DNA of 48,959 nucleotides from Acidimicrobiia bacterium. Its GTDB lineage: Bacteria > Actinomycetota > Acidimicrobiia > Spongiisociales > ZC4RG35. Positions within the stretch are counted from its first letter, which is position 1; each line of letters opens with the position of its first letter. The position numbers and the translations under genes are program-made. The notes below the pieces were generated by a model. It was not told the origin of the DNA, searched no databases, and saw only the letters and a list, made by a program, of their open reading frames with translations. Below, one piece after another: positions 34,811 to 44,548 of this stretch. The stretch spans positions 1-48,959 of the forward strand of contig JASFVB010000001.1 of NCBI GenBank assembly GCA_050050035.1. The letters run 5' to 3'.

Positions 34811-35649
34811 GTCTGGTGGAGGCCCGAAATCTGACGAAGCGATTCAGTCGTTTCGTGGCTGTCGACGACTTGTCCTTTCGCGTCGATTCCGGCGAGGTTG
34901 TTGGCCTGTTGGGAGCGAATGGAGCGGGAAAGACCACCACGATGAAGATGCTCCTCGGTCTTCTCGCCCCGACCTCCGGCGAGGTTCTCATCGGCGGCAC
35001 CCCGGGCGCGGAGGCCGATCGACGTCTGGTGGGGTATGTCCCCCAAGGTCTGGGTCTCTATCGCGATCTGACCGTCTTGGAGAACCTGCAGTTCGTCGCC
35101 TCTGCATTCGGCGTGGAGCCGCCCTCACCGGAGAGTGAAGGGTTAGGTGAGGTGGCAAACCGGCGCGTGGGCTCGTTGTCACTCGGTCTGCGTCGGAGGG
35201 CAGCCTTCGTGGCATCGCGGTGCCACGATCCGCGAGTTCTCATCCTCGACGAGCCGACTTCGGGCGTGGGGCCCCTGGGACGCGCCCGTCTCTGGGAGAC
35301 GATTCACGAGACGGCCAGTGCGGGTGCCGCCGTTTTGGTGTCGACCCACTACATGGATGAGGCCGAGGAGTGTGACCGCGTCGTGCTCATGGCAAGTGGC
35401 CGGGAGGTCGCGTCAGGGACCGTCGGCGACGTGGTCTCCGGCGCCCGGTCGTTGGCGTTGGAAGGCGACATCGACACCGAATCCGCCGACGAGCTGAGAC
35501 GGCACGGTGCCAAGGTCTTCCTCGATGCGGGCGGATGGAGGGTCGTCGGCATGGACAAGGACGTGGTGCGGTCGATCGTCGGTCCTGATACGAAGGTCAT
35601 CGAGGTTCCGGCGTCTTTCGAGGAGGCGTTCGTGGCCTTGTCGTCGTGA
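34807..35649 (+). CDS. ABC transporter ATP-binding protein (degenerate signature, canonical H-loop)
   Basis: Walker A GANGAGKTT, signature position LSLGL (35176-35190), Walker B LILDEPT, H-loop STHY. Confidence 0.85.
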   Translation: MSLVEARNLTKRFSRFVAVDDLSFRVDSGEVVGLLGANGAGKTTTMKMLLGLLAPTSGEVLIGGTPGAEADRRLVGYVPQGLGLYRDLTVLENLQFVASAFGVEPPSPESEGLGEVANRRVGSLSLGLRRRAAFVASRCHDPRVLILDEPTSGVGPLGRARLWETIHETASAGAAVLVSTHYMDEAEECDRVVLMASGREVASGTVGDVVSGARSLALEGDIDTESADELRRHGAKVFLDAGGWRVVGMDKDVVRSIVGPDTKVIEVPASFEEAFVALSS

Positions 35650-36233
35650 CCGGTCGCGGTGCCGGACGTCGCCCCGGCTCACCCGATACCCGGGCCGAGA
35701 TCCTCGAGGCTGCGCGACGTGTGTTTGGCTCGAACGGCTACGACCGGGCGACGATCAGGGTCATCGCGGGCGAAGCGGGTGTCGATCCGTCTCTGATCCA
35801 TCACTATTTCGGGACCAAGAGCGAGCTGTTCGCGGCGACCATCGATGTGCCGGAAACGGCGGCGAGGGGCGTGTTGGCCCTACTGGAAGAAGAGCGTGAC
35901 GACTTGGGGAGGACGCTCGCCGAGGCTTTCTTCACCGTCTGGGAGGACGAGGCGGCTCGATCTGCGTTGCTGGGAATACTTCGTTCGGCGATGGGAGGCG
36001 AGGACCAGGCGGTCGTGGCATTCCGACAGTTCCTGACCTCGGCCCTTCTCTCTCAGATCGCACCGAAGATCGAGGGGGAGGGCGCCGAGCTGCGTGCGTT
36101 GCTCATGGCGTCTCATCTGGTGGGTGTGGCGATGACACGTTATGTGATGAGGGTCTCTCCCATCGCCGATGTCTCCGTAGGCGAGATCGTCGACCTGGTC
36201 GCCCCCCGCATCCAGTCATATGTCCACGGCTGA
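35646..36233 (+). CDS. TetR/AcrR family transcriptional regulator
   Basis: The N-terminal HTH ILEAARRVFGSNGYDRATIRVIAGEAGVDPSLIHHYFGTK is a classic TetR signature. GTGA overlap with the upstream ATPase gene. Confidence 0.88.
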   Translation: MTGRGAGRRPGSPDTRAEILEAARRVFGSNGYDRATIRVIAGEAGVDPSLIHHYFGTKSELFAATIDVPETAARGVLALLEEERDDLGRTLAEAFFTVWEDEAARSALLGILRSAMGGEDQAVVAFRQFLTSALLSQIAPKIEGEGAELRALLMASHLVGVAMTRYVMRVSPIADVSVGEIVDLVAPRIQSYVHG

Positions 36234-36246
36234 TGACGTCGGCTTC

Positions 36247-36267
36247 GAGTCCGATGTGATCGGACTC
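36247..36267 (+). terminator. hairpin GAGTCCGAT-gtg-ATCGGACTC
   Basis: 9-bp perfect stem, 14 nt after the TetR stop codon. Confidence 0.45.
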
Positions 36268-36281
36268 GGGGCCAGTCGTCC

Positions 36282-36334
36282 CCGTTCTGTGGAGGCTGGA
36301 CGCGCGTCACGCGCGTCCAGCCTCCACAGAACGG
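36282..36334. terminator. 25-bp perfect-stem hairpin with 3-nt loop
   Basis: CCGTTCTGTGGAGGCTGGACGCGCG-tca-CGCGCGTCCAGCCTCCACAGAACGG. It separates the TetR operon from the MacB-like operon. Confidence 0.6.
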
Positions 36335-36496
36335 AGTGCTGCTCCTCCGCGGTCTGGTGAGAAGACAGACGGCGAAGACCGGCTGATCCTGGGGGACATC
36401 CCTGACACGATCAGGGTCGGAAGGGGGGTCTCCCCAATATCGGGATCAGACAATGCCCCATACCTTCGAGATGCATTCGCAATTCGGAGGTGATTC

Positions 36497-37207
36497 ATGC
36501 CGATCCTCTCGGCATCCAACGTATCCAAGACCTACCGGTCTGGCTCACTCGAAGTCGAGGCCCTGCGAGGTGTCGACATCGAGGTGGAAGCCGGTGAGAT
36601 GGTCATCGTCATGGGACCCTCGGGGAACGGGAAGACCACGCTCCTCAACTGTCTCTCGGGTCTCGACGACGTCGACAGCGGCGAAGTCGTGGTCGAGGGC
36701 CGATCGATACACGATCTGAGCGATCGGAAGCGGACCCGGCACCGCGCCGAGTCGATGGGCTTCGTGTTCCAGGCCTTCAACCTGATCCCGGTGCTCTCCG
36801 CGGTCGAAAACACCGAATTGCCTCTCCTGGTCAATGGTGCGAGGTCCAAGGTGGCGCGTCAACGAGCGGCCGAGATGTTGGAGCGCGTGGGCTTGGGCGA
36901 CCGGATGAGTCACCGGCCCAACGAGCTCTCGGGTGGAGAGCAGCAGAGAGTCACCATCGCCCGGGCACTCGTCAACTCGCCCTCCATCGTGTGGGCCGAC
37001 GAGCCCACGGGAAACCTCGATGCCGAGACCGCGGGCTCGGTCCTCGAGCTCCTCGGCGAGGTCAACCGTCAAGGTCAGACAGTCGTCATGGTCACCCACG
37101 AAGGGTTCATCGCTGACATGGCCGACCGTCTCGTGCTGATCCGCAACGGAGCAGTCGAATACGACGGACACCCGGCACAGGCGCCACGGCGACTGGAGGC
37201 CGTCTGA
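36497..37207 (+). CDS. ABC transporter ATP-binding protein (MacB/LolD/FtsE-like)
   Basis: GPSGNGKTT, LSGGEQQRVTIARAL, VWADEPTGNLD, VMVTHE. RBS GGAGGTG lies upstream. Confidence 0.9.
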   Translation: MPILSASNVSKTYRSGSLEVEALRGVDIEVEAGEMVIVMGPSGNGKTTLLNCLSGLDDVDSGEVVVEGRSIHDLSDRKRTRHRAESMGFVFQAFNLIPVLSAVENTELPLLVNGARSKVARQRAAEMLERVGLGDRMSHRPNELSGGEQQRVTIARALVNSPSIVWADEPTGNLDAETAGSVLELLGEVNRQGQTVVMVTHEGFIADMADRLVLIRNGAVEYDGHPAQAPRRLEAV

Positions 37208-40044
37208 TGTCGCTCTTCGCCTTGGTGATCGCCCTGGCTCTGTTGGTCCCTGCGTTGTGGGTCGCCCGCCGGGGCATGCTCCGACGTCTCGCGTGGAGAA
37301 ACGTCACCGCCCGGCCCGCTGAAGCAGTGCTGGTGGGCGTCGGCACCATGCTGGGCACGGCGATCATCGTCGCGTCGTTCGTCGTTGGAGACACCGTCGA
37401 GTCCGGCGTGGGCAGCGTCGTCGACACGTCGCTCGGGCCCATCGACGAGTCGGTGACCATCGAGGACCCGGTTGCGTTGGCCGACTTGGAGACGGCAATC
37501 AGGAGTGCCGACCTCGATGACGTCGACGGCGCCGTCGGTCTTCTGTCGCTTCCGACCGCAGTCACCACCGTTGGTGACGACCCGGTCGGGGAGTCGGGTG
37601 TTTGGATCGCCGAAGTCGACTTCGACGAGGCGCGCGCATTCGGCGGCGACACGCCGACAAGCGGGTTCGCCGATGCGGGTCACACACCCGTTCGAGATGA
37701 AGCCGTCATCAACTCCAGGATCGCCCGTCAGCTGGGTGTCGAAGCGGGTGATCGATTGACTGTCCACGTGTTCGGATCCTCACTGGACCTCGAAGTCCGT
37801 CAGGTGATCGATCGCTACAGCGCGGCCGGCTTCAACTCCGTGTATATCGCTCCCGGCACCATCGAGGGGCTCGTGGCCAATGCGTCGGCCGAGGGCCCAC
37901 AGCCACGGGCGGAGGTAGTCGTCTCCAATCGTGGCGACTTCGTCACCGGGGCGGAGCTCACGACGTCGGTCGTCGAGGGACTGGAGGCCGTTACCGCCGA
38001 CTTCGAAGGTGTCGACATCGAGAACCGCAAGGAGAGTGCCCTCGAGCAGGCGGAAGCCGACGGTGTCGAGTTCACGACCCTGTTCAACGGCATCGGGAGC
38101 TTCGCCGTCATCGCAGGGATCCTGCTCATCGTCAATCTGTTCGTCATGCTCTCCGAGGAGCGGAAGACCGCACTCGGAATCCTGCGTGCCATCGGGTTCA
38201 GCCGTGGACAAGTGGCACGCGCCTTCGCCATTGAGGGAGCGGTCTACTCCGCCACGGCGACCGTCATCGGCGTCGGAGCCGGCATCGGTGTGGGTTGGGT
38301 CCTCGTCCAGGCGTTGAAGGCGATCTTCTTCGATGAGAACGACTTCCTGACCATCGGGTTCGATCCCCAGGTGGAGAGTGTGATGCTCGCAGCAGCGATC
38401 GGTCTCGGCATCACGATGATCACGATCTGGTTCACCGCTTTCAGGATCTCGAGGTTCAACGTCATCGCGGCCGTCCGCGACTTGCCCCAGCCGCCAAGCG
38501 AGAGGGGCAGGGTGCGAGGGGTCGTTCTAGGGGCCCTCGGCATCGTGGCCGGCTCGGCAGTGACGTTTCTCGGGCTCAGTCAGGAGATCCCGTCGGCGGC
38601 CATGGCAGGCATACCGGTGATGGCGTTCTCGGCGATCCCGATCCTCCGGCTGTTCACCAGTGAGCGGATCACCGGCCTCATCGCCGGCGGTGCCGCCATG
38701 ACGTGGGGCATCCTGGTCTTCGCGGTCTACCCGGACGTGATGAGGGAGTCGGACATAGACACGTTCGTCGTGCAGGGTGTGGTGCTGGTCACTGCGGCGG
38801 TCGTCATGTCCGCGTCCCTGTCGAGCGTATGGTCACGCATGGTCGACTTGGTGGCCCGTGGTGGTGCCGGGCTTGGCGCCCGGCTCGGGCTCGTCTACCC
38901 GCTGGCCCATCGTGGCCGAACCGGGTTGTTGCTTGGGATGTTCTCGCTGGTGATCTTTACGATCACGTTCCTGTCGGTGTTTGCGCAGATGCTCGGCGAT
39001 CAAACCCGTGGGATCGCAGACGACAGTCGCGCCGGATACGACATCATGGCTGCCTCGGCACGGTTCAACCCTGTGACCGAGGAACAGGTCGACGATGTCG
39101 ACGGCGTCGGCTCGGTGGCGTCGTTGGCGTTGTCTTGGGCCGAGTTCGAGGTCGAAGGGGAGGACGAGCCCGTTTTCTGGCGAGTCACCGGCTTCGACTC
39201 GAGCCTCCTGGAGTTGGGGACGCCGGCACTTTCGGAGCGCGCCGCCGGGTATGAGACCGATCTCGAGGTCTTCCAAGCCGTCATGGCCGATTCGTCCCTG
39301 ATCGTGATCGACGATTTCTTCCTCGACAACGGTTCGGGGCCCGGTACCGAGCGACACGCCGTGGGCTCCACGGTGACGATGTACACCGAGGACGACATCC
39401 CCGTCGACGTCACGATCGCCGGCATCATGTCCAGTGACTGGGTGTTCGCGGGCTCGTACATGAGCGGCGAGTACGTCGAGGCCAACCTGGATGCCCGCGA
39501 CAGCCGCTTCTACGTCGCGGCCGAGGACGGGGTCGACCCCGAGGTGCTGGCGGGGCGGCTCAACGCGACGTTGCTGGACCACGGGATGGAGGCCGAGACC
39601 TTCACCGCGAGTGTCGAGGCCGAGGTGGCCGAGACACTCGGGATCTTCCGTCTCTTCCAGGGGTTCCTCTCCCTGGGTCTGCTGATTGGGATAGCCGGGC
39701 TATCCGTCGTGCTGGTTCGAGCCGTCCGCGAGCGCCGTCGTGCCATCGGTGTCCTGCGGGCGCTGGGGACGCAGCCGAAGGTCGTGCGTCGGGCGTTCCT
39801 GGTGGAGTCGGCGTTCATTGCAGTGCAAGGTGTCGTGATCGGGGCCGTGCTCGGTCTGGTGACTGCCTATCAGGTGATCGTGAACTCGTCCACGTTTGGC
39901 GACGCGAATCTCGACTTCGCCTGGCCGTGGGCCGGTCTCGCGGTGGCGCTTCTCATCCCGACCGCCGCCGCTCTACTGGCAGCGGCGCTTCCGGCGAAAC
40001 GGGCCTCGGCGATCTCTCCGGCGGTCGCGCTCCGAACCGAATAG
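37207..40044 (+). CDS. FtsX-family ABC transporter permease (duplicated FtsX module, 945 aa)
   Basis: Two repeats of a large extracytoplasmic domain followed by an FtsX 3-4 TM bundle (ILRAIGFSRGQV... and VLRALGTQPKVV...). The start overlaps the ATPase stop codon. Confidence 0.85.
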   Translation: MSLFALVIALALLVPALWVARRGMLRRLAWRNVTARPAEAVLVGVGTMLGTAIIVASFVVGDTVESGVGSVVDTSLGPIDESVTIEDPVALADLETAIRSADLDDVDGAVGLLSLPTAVTTVGDDPVGESGVWIAEVDFDEARAFGGDTPTSGFADAGHTPVRDEAVINSRIARQLGVEAGDRLTVHVFGSSLDLEVRQVIDRYSAAGFNSVYIAPGTIEGLVANASAEGPQPRAEVVVSNRGDFVTGAELTTSVVEGLEAVTADFEGVDIENRKESALEQAEADGVEFTTLFNGIGSFAVIAGILLIVNLFVMLSEERKTALGILRAIGFSRGQVARAFAIEGAVYSATATVIGVGAGIGVGWVLVQALKAIFFDENDFLTIGFDPQVESVMLAAAIGLGITMITIWFTAFRISRFNVIAAVRDLPQPPSERGRVRGVVLGALGIVAGSAVTFLGLSQEIPSAAMAGIPVMAFSAIPILRLFTSERITGLIAGGAAMTWGILVFAVYPDVMRESDIDTFVVQGVVLVTAAVVMSASLSSVWSRMVDLVARGGAGLGARLGLVYPLAHRGRTGLLLGMFSLVIFTITFLSVFAQMLGDQTRGIADDSRAGYDIMAASARFNPVTEEQVDDVDGVGSVASLALSWAEFEVEGEDEPVFWRVTGFDSSLLELGTPALSERAAGYETDLEVFQAVMADSSLIVIDDFFLDNGSGPGTERHAVGSTVTMYTEDDIPVDVTIAGIMSSDWVFAGSYMSGEYVEANLDARDSRFYVAAEDGVDPEVLAGRLNATLLDHGMEAETFTASVEAEVAETLGIFRLFQGFLSLGLLIGIAGLSVVLVRAVRERRRAIGVLRALGTQPKVVRRAFLVESAFIAVQGVVIGAVLGLVTAYQVIVNSSTFGDANLDFAWPWAGLAVALLIPTAAALLAAALPAKRASAISPAVALRTE

Positions 40045-40060
40045 AGCCTCGGCGACGTTT

Positions 40061-40095
40061 GTGCGGTGAGTGCGGCCGAGCCGTTCTCACCGCAC
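40061..40095. terminator. hairpin GTGCGGTGAG-N15-CTCACCGCAC in convergent gap
   Basis: 10-bp perfect stem between the FtsX permease stop (40044) and the regulator stop (40110). Confidence 0.45.
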
Positions 40096-40109
40096 GACGG
40101 AGCGTGGGC

Positions 40110-41555
40110 TCAGCCGGAGTGCGCCTCCACGACAGACAACACCTCGGGCATGTCCAGCTCCGGGTAGGGGTCCGGAGTGATCAACCCGAGAATCCTCGAC
40201 TGTGATCGCGCCGAGACGATCACGCTGTCGGCCCATTTCCCGGCGATGTCGGGGCTCGCCGTTCGGCAGCACTCGGGTGCGGGGCACGTGGATGTCTCGC
40301 GGTTGTCGGTCTCGCGCCCCCTGAACCAGCGGGCGTCCTCGAAACGAGTCCCCAGCGTGATCGCGTAGGCCGGGTCGCGCCCCGCTTCGACGTGCGTTGA
40401 GCAGAAGTAGGTCCCCTTCGGGGTGTCGGTGTATTGGTAGTGCGTGGCGAACCGGTCACCCGAGTCGAACGTCCGCCGGGTGCCCCAACGTCTGCACAGA
40501 CGTTGCGTCTCGACACCGCCGTACTCGTCCCGGGGGAGGGGCACTCCGTCGTTGGCGTAGCCCTTCACGACCACGCCCATGTCGTCACTCACCAGCACGT
40601 GGGACTTGATGCCCAGATGACGGGTGAGGAGGTTCGCAGTCCGCCATGCCGCCATCTCGTAGGAGAGGTAGAACAACTCCTTCACGTCCTCGGGGTCGAT
40701 GTCATGGGCTTCCTTCGACACGTGGAGCCGTGCCGCCAATGGATCCTCCGGTGCGAGGACGGCCGCCGCGAAGTATGCGCTTTCCATTCGTTGGCGGAGA
40801 AACGTCTCCAGGTCGGGCTCGCTGGTGTGACCGAGGACGAATCCGGCGACGGTCTGGAGCACGGCCTTGCGCGCCTGTCGGGTGCGAAGCTCGTTTCGCT
40901 GTGCGATGTAGATGCGTTTGTTCTTGGTGTCGATGATCGACCGCGCGAAAGGTGGCATGTCGTCGATCGGCATCAGCTCGAAACCCACGTTGGCGGTGAG
41001 ATCGGTCAGATTTCGCGAGGAGAAGGGCCCGTCACCGGGGTAGCCACAGTTCTCCAACGCTTCCCTGGCCGCCGTCTCGATGTCCGCCAGGTAGCCGTTG
41101 CGTGAGACGAGATGTTCGTGGACCGCGCCGTTGGCCCGACGCACCTCGTCGGAGCCGGCGCTGGCCAGCGTCGACTTCTCTCTGACCGCGTCGTGAAGCC
41201 CGACGATGTGGGCGAGAGTCCGATTGTCGATCTTCGCGGTCGGCTTGATCGTGGGGATGTCGAGCGTCTCGAAGAGACTGGTCTCCTGGGCCCGTATGAG
41301 GGCGATCTCGAGAGCATCCCGCCGTGATGGCGGGTTGGGCTCGAGCAGCTCCGAGATGTCGATGTCGAGCGACGCGGCGATCTCCATGACGAGGCTGAGC
41401 TTTGGCTCTTTGCGTCCGTTCTCGAGGAGGGACAGATATGGCGCCGGTTTGCCGACGAGGGAGCCCAGTTGATCGAGAGTCAATCCCGATTCTGTGCGGT
41501 AGTGACGGATTCGTCTTCCCAGAATGAGCCGATCAGTCGCGTGAGGTTCGGTCAT
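40110..41555 (-). CDS. RamB/PrpR-like XRE-family regulator (short-chain fatty acyl-CoA regulator family)
   Basis: N-terminal HTH (LGRRIRHYRTESGLTLDQLGSLVG), a central ImmA/IrrE-like region, and a C-terminal Cys-containing domain. 481 aa, divergent from aceB-aceA. SD GGAGGA is upstream. Confidence 0.8.
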   Translation of the reverse strand: MTEPHATDRLILGRRIRHYRTESGLTLDQLGSLVGKPAPYLSLLENGRKEPKLSLVMEIAASLDIDISELLEPNPPSRRDALEIALIRAQETSLFETLDIPTIKPTAKIDNRTLAHIVGLHDAVREKSTLASAGSDEVRRANGAVHEHLVSRNGYLADIETAAREALENCGYPGDGPFSSRNLTDLTANVGFELMPIDDMPPFARSIIDTKNKRIYIAQRNELRTRQARKAVLQTVAGFVLGHTSEPDLETFLRQRMESAYFAAAVLAPEDPLAARLHVSKEAHDIDPEDVKELFYLSYEMAAWRTANLLTRHLGIKSHVLVSDDMGVVVKGYANDGVPLPRDEYGGVETQRLCRRWGTRRTFDSGDRFATHYQYTDTPKGTYFCSTHVEAGRDPAYAITLGTRFEDARWFRGRETDNRETSTCPAPECCRTASPDIAGKWADSVIVSARSQSRILGLITPDPYPELDMPEVLSVVEAHSG

Positions 41556-41638
41556 TTCTACTCCTCCGTGAAAGATTGGTCGATCTTGCTACGCTCGTGA
41601 GTCGAATGTCAAGCGAATGAACAAGAAACTATCATCTT

Positions 41639-43198
<1,560 letters not shown>

Positions 43199-43206
43199 GA
43201 GAACCC

Positions 43207-44484
43207 GTGACACATCTGGACCAGGAAGCAGCAAGACTCGCCGAGGAGTGGGCGAACAGCCCCCGTTGGGATGGGGTCGCCCGTGACTACACGGCCGAGG
43301 ACGTCGTCCGTCTCCGGGGCAGCATCAGAGAGCAGCACACGCTTGCCTATCGCATGGCGGAGAAGTTGTGGGATCTCCTCCACGCCGAGGACTACGTCAA
43401 CGCCCTCGGTGCCCTCAGCGGAGGCCAGGCGGTGCAGATGGTCAAGGCCGGGCTGAGGTCGATCTATCTCTCCGGGTGGCAGGTTGCGGGTGATGGCAAC
43501 CTGGCAGGTGAGGTCTACCCGGACCAGTCCCTGTATCCCGCCAACTCGGCGCCGGCAATGGTGAAGCGGATCAACAACGCCCTACGTCGCGCCGACCAGA
43601 TCCACTGGGCCGAGGGTGACACCGACATCGACTGGTTTGTCCCCATCGTCGCCGACGGTGAGGCCGGCTTCGGGGGCGCTCTCAACGTCTTCGAGATCAC
43701 CAAGGCCTTCATCCAGGCGGGAGCCGCCGGGGTGCACCTGGAAGATCAGTTGGCCGCCGAGAAGAAATGCGGCCACATGGGCGGCAAGGTGCTCGTGCCC
43801 ACGAGTCAGCACATTCGCACCCTCCAGTCGGCCCGACTCGCCGCGGACGTCATGGGTGTCCCGACGGTCGTCGTCGCCCGCACCGACGCCAACTCGGCGA
43901 CATTGCTCACCTCCGACGTCGATCCCCGCGACCGGGAGTTCATAGTGGGGGAAAGGACCGCAGAAGGCTTCCATCAGGTGAGTGGCGGGCTCGACTCGGC
44001 AATCGCCCGCGGACTCTCCTACGCACCGTATTGCGACCTGATCTGGTGTGAGACAGCCAAGCCAGACCTCGAAGAGGCACGTCGCTTCGCCGATGCGATC
44101 CACTCCGAGTACCCACACAAGATGCTGGCGTACAACTGCTCGCCATCGTTCAACTGGAGCGCCCACCTGGACACGGACACCATCTCTCGCTTCCAAAAGG
44201 AGCTGGGGGCGATGGGGTATCGCTACCAGTTCATCACACTCGCCGGGTTCCACGCTCTCAACGAGTCGATGTTTCAGTTGGCCAGTGGATACGCCGAGAC
44301 CGGCATGCCCGCATACGTCGAGCTCCAGGAGCGCGAGTTCGCCGCGGAGAGCCGTGGCTACACGGCCACCAAGCACCAACGCGAGGTCGGAGCCGGCTAC
44401 TTCGATCTGGTCAGCCAGGCGGTCTCGGGTGGTGAGTCCTCGACGCTCGCCTTGAAGGGGTCGACGGAAGAGGATCAGTTCTAG
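43207..44484 (+). CDS. aceA: isocitrate lyase
   Basis: Catalytic motif KKCGHMGGK and an N-terminal [28 protein letters not shown] 43207 follows AGGAGAA. The upstream part of the track ORF overlaps aceB. Confidence 0.92.
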   Translation: MTHLDQEAARLAEEWANSPRWDGVARDYTAEDVVRLRGSIREQHTLAYRMAEKLWDLLHAEDYVNALGALSGGQAVQMVKAGLRSIYLSGWQVAGDGNLAGEVYPDQSLYPANSAPAMVKRINNALRRADQIHWAEGDTDIDWFVPIVADGEAGFGGALNVFEITKAFIQAGAAGVHLEDQLAAEKKCGHMGGKVLVPTSQHIRTLQSARLAADVMGVPTVVVARTDANSATLLTSDVDPRDREFIVGERTAEGFHQVSGGLDSAIARGLSYAPYCDLIWCETAKPDLEEARRFADAIHSEYPHKMLAYNCSPSFNWSAHLDTDTISRFQKELGAMGYRYQFITLAGFHALNESMFQLASGYAETGMPAYVELQEREFAAESRGYTATKHQREVGAGYFDLVSQAVSGGESSTLALKGSTEEDQF

Positions 44485-44498
44485 CTCGCTTCGCTCGC

Positions 44499-44540
44499 AG
44501 TACTGAGTACTGAGTACTCGGTACCTGGTACCGAGTACCT
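44499..44540. repeat. six RGTACYN heptads (GTAC cores every 7 nt) containing a 12-bp-arm palindrome (44514-44538)
   Basis: AGTACTG AGTACTG AGTACTC GGTACCT GGTACCG AGTACCT. GTAC cores start at 44500, 44507, 44514, 44521, 44528 and 44535. The array sits between the aceA stop and the next start codon. Confidence 0.7.
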
Positions 44541-44548
44541 TCTCGTGC

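Noticed and set aside
36307-36528. 73-aa minus-strand ORF in the gap between the TetR and MacB-like operons.
   Set aside because: It starts inside the 25-bp hairpin and runs antisense into the start of the ABC ATPase gene. It has no RBS and no family resemblance.
40081-40095. CCGTTCTCACCGCAC as a third member of the CCGTTCTGTG hairpin family.
   Set aside because: Only 7 nt are shared, and here the motif sits in the loop and 3' arm rather than at the base of the stem. This is within chance expectation.
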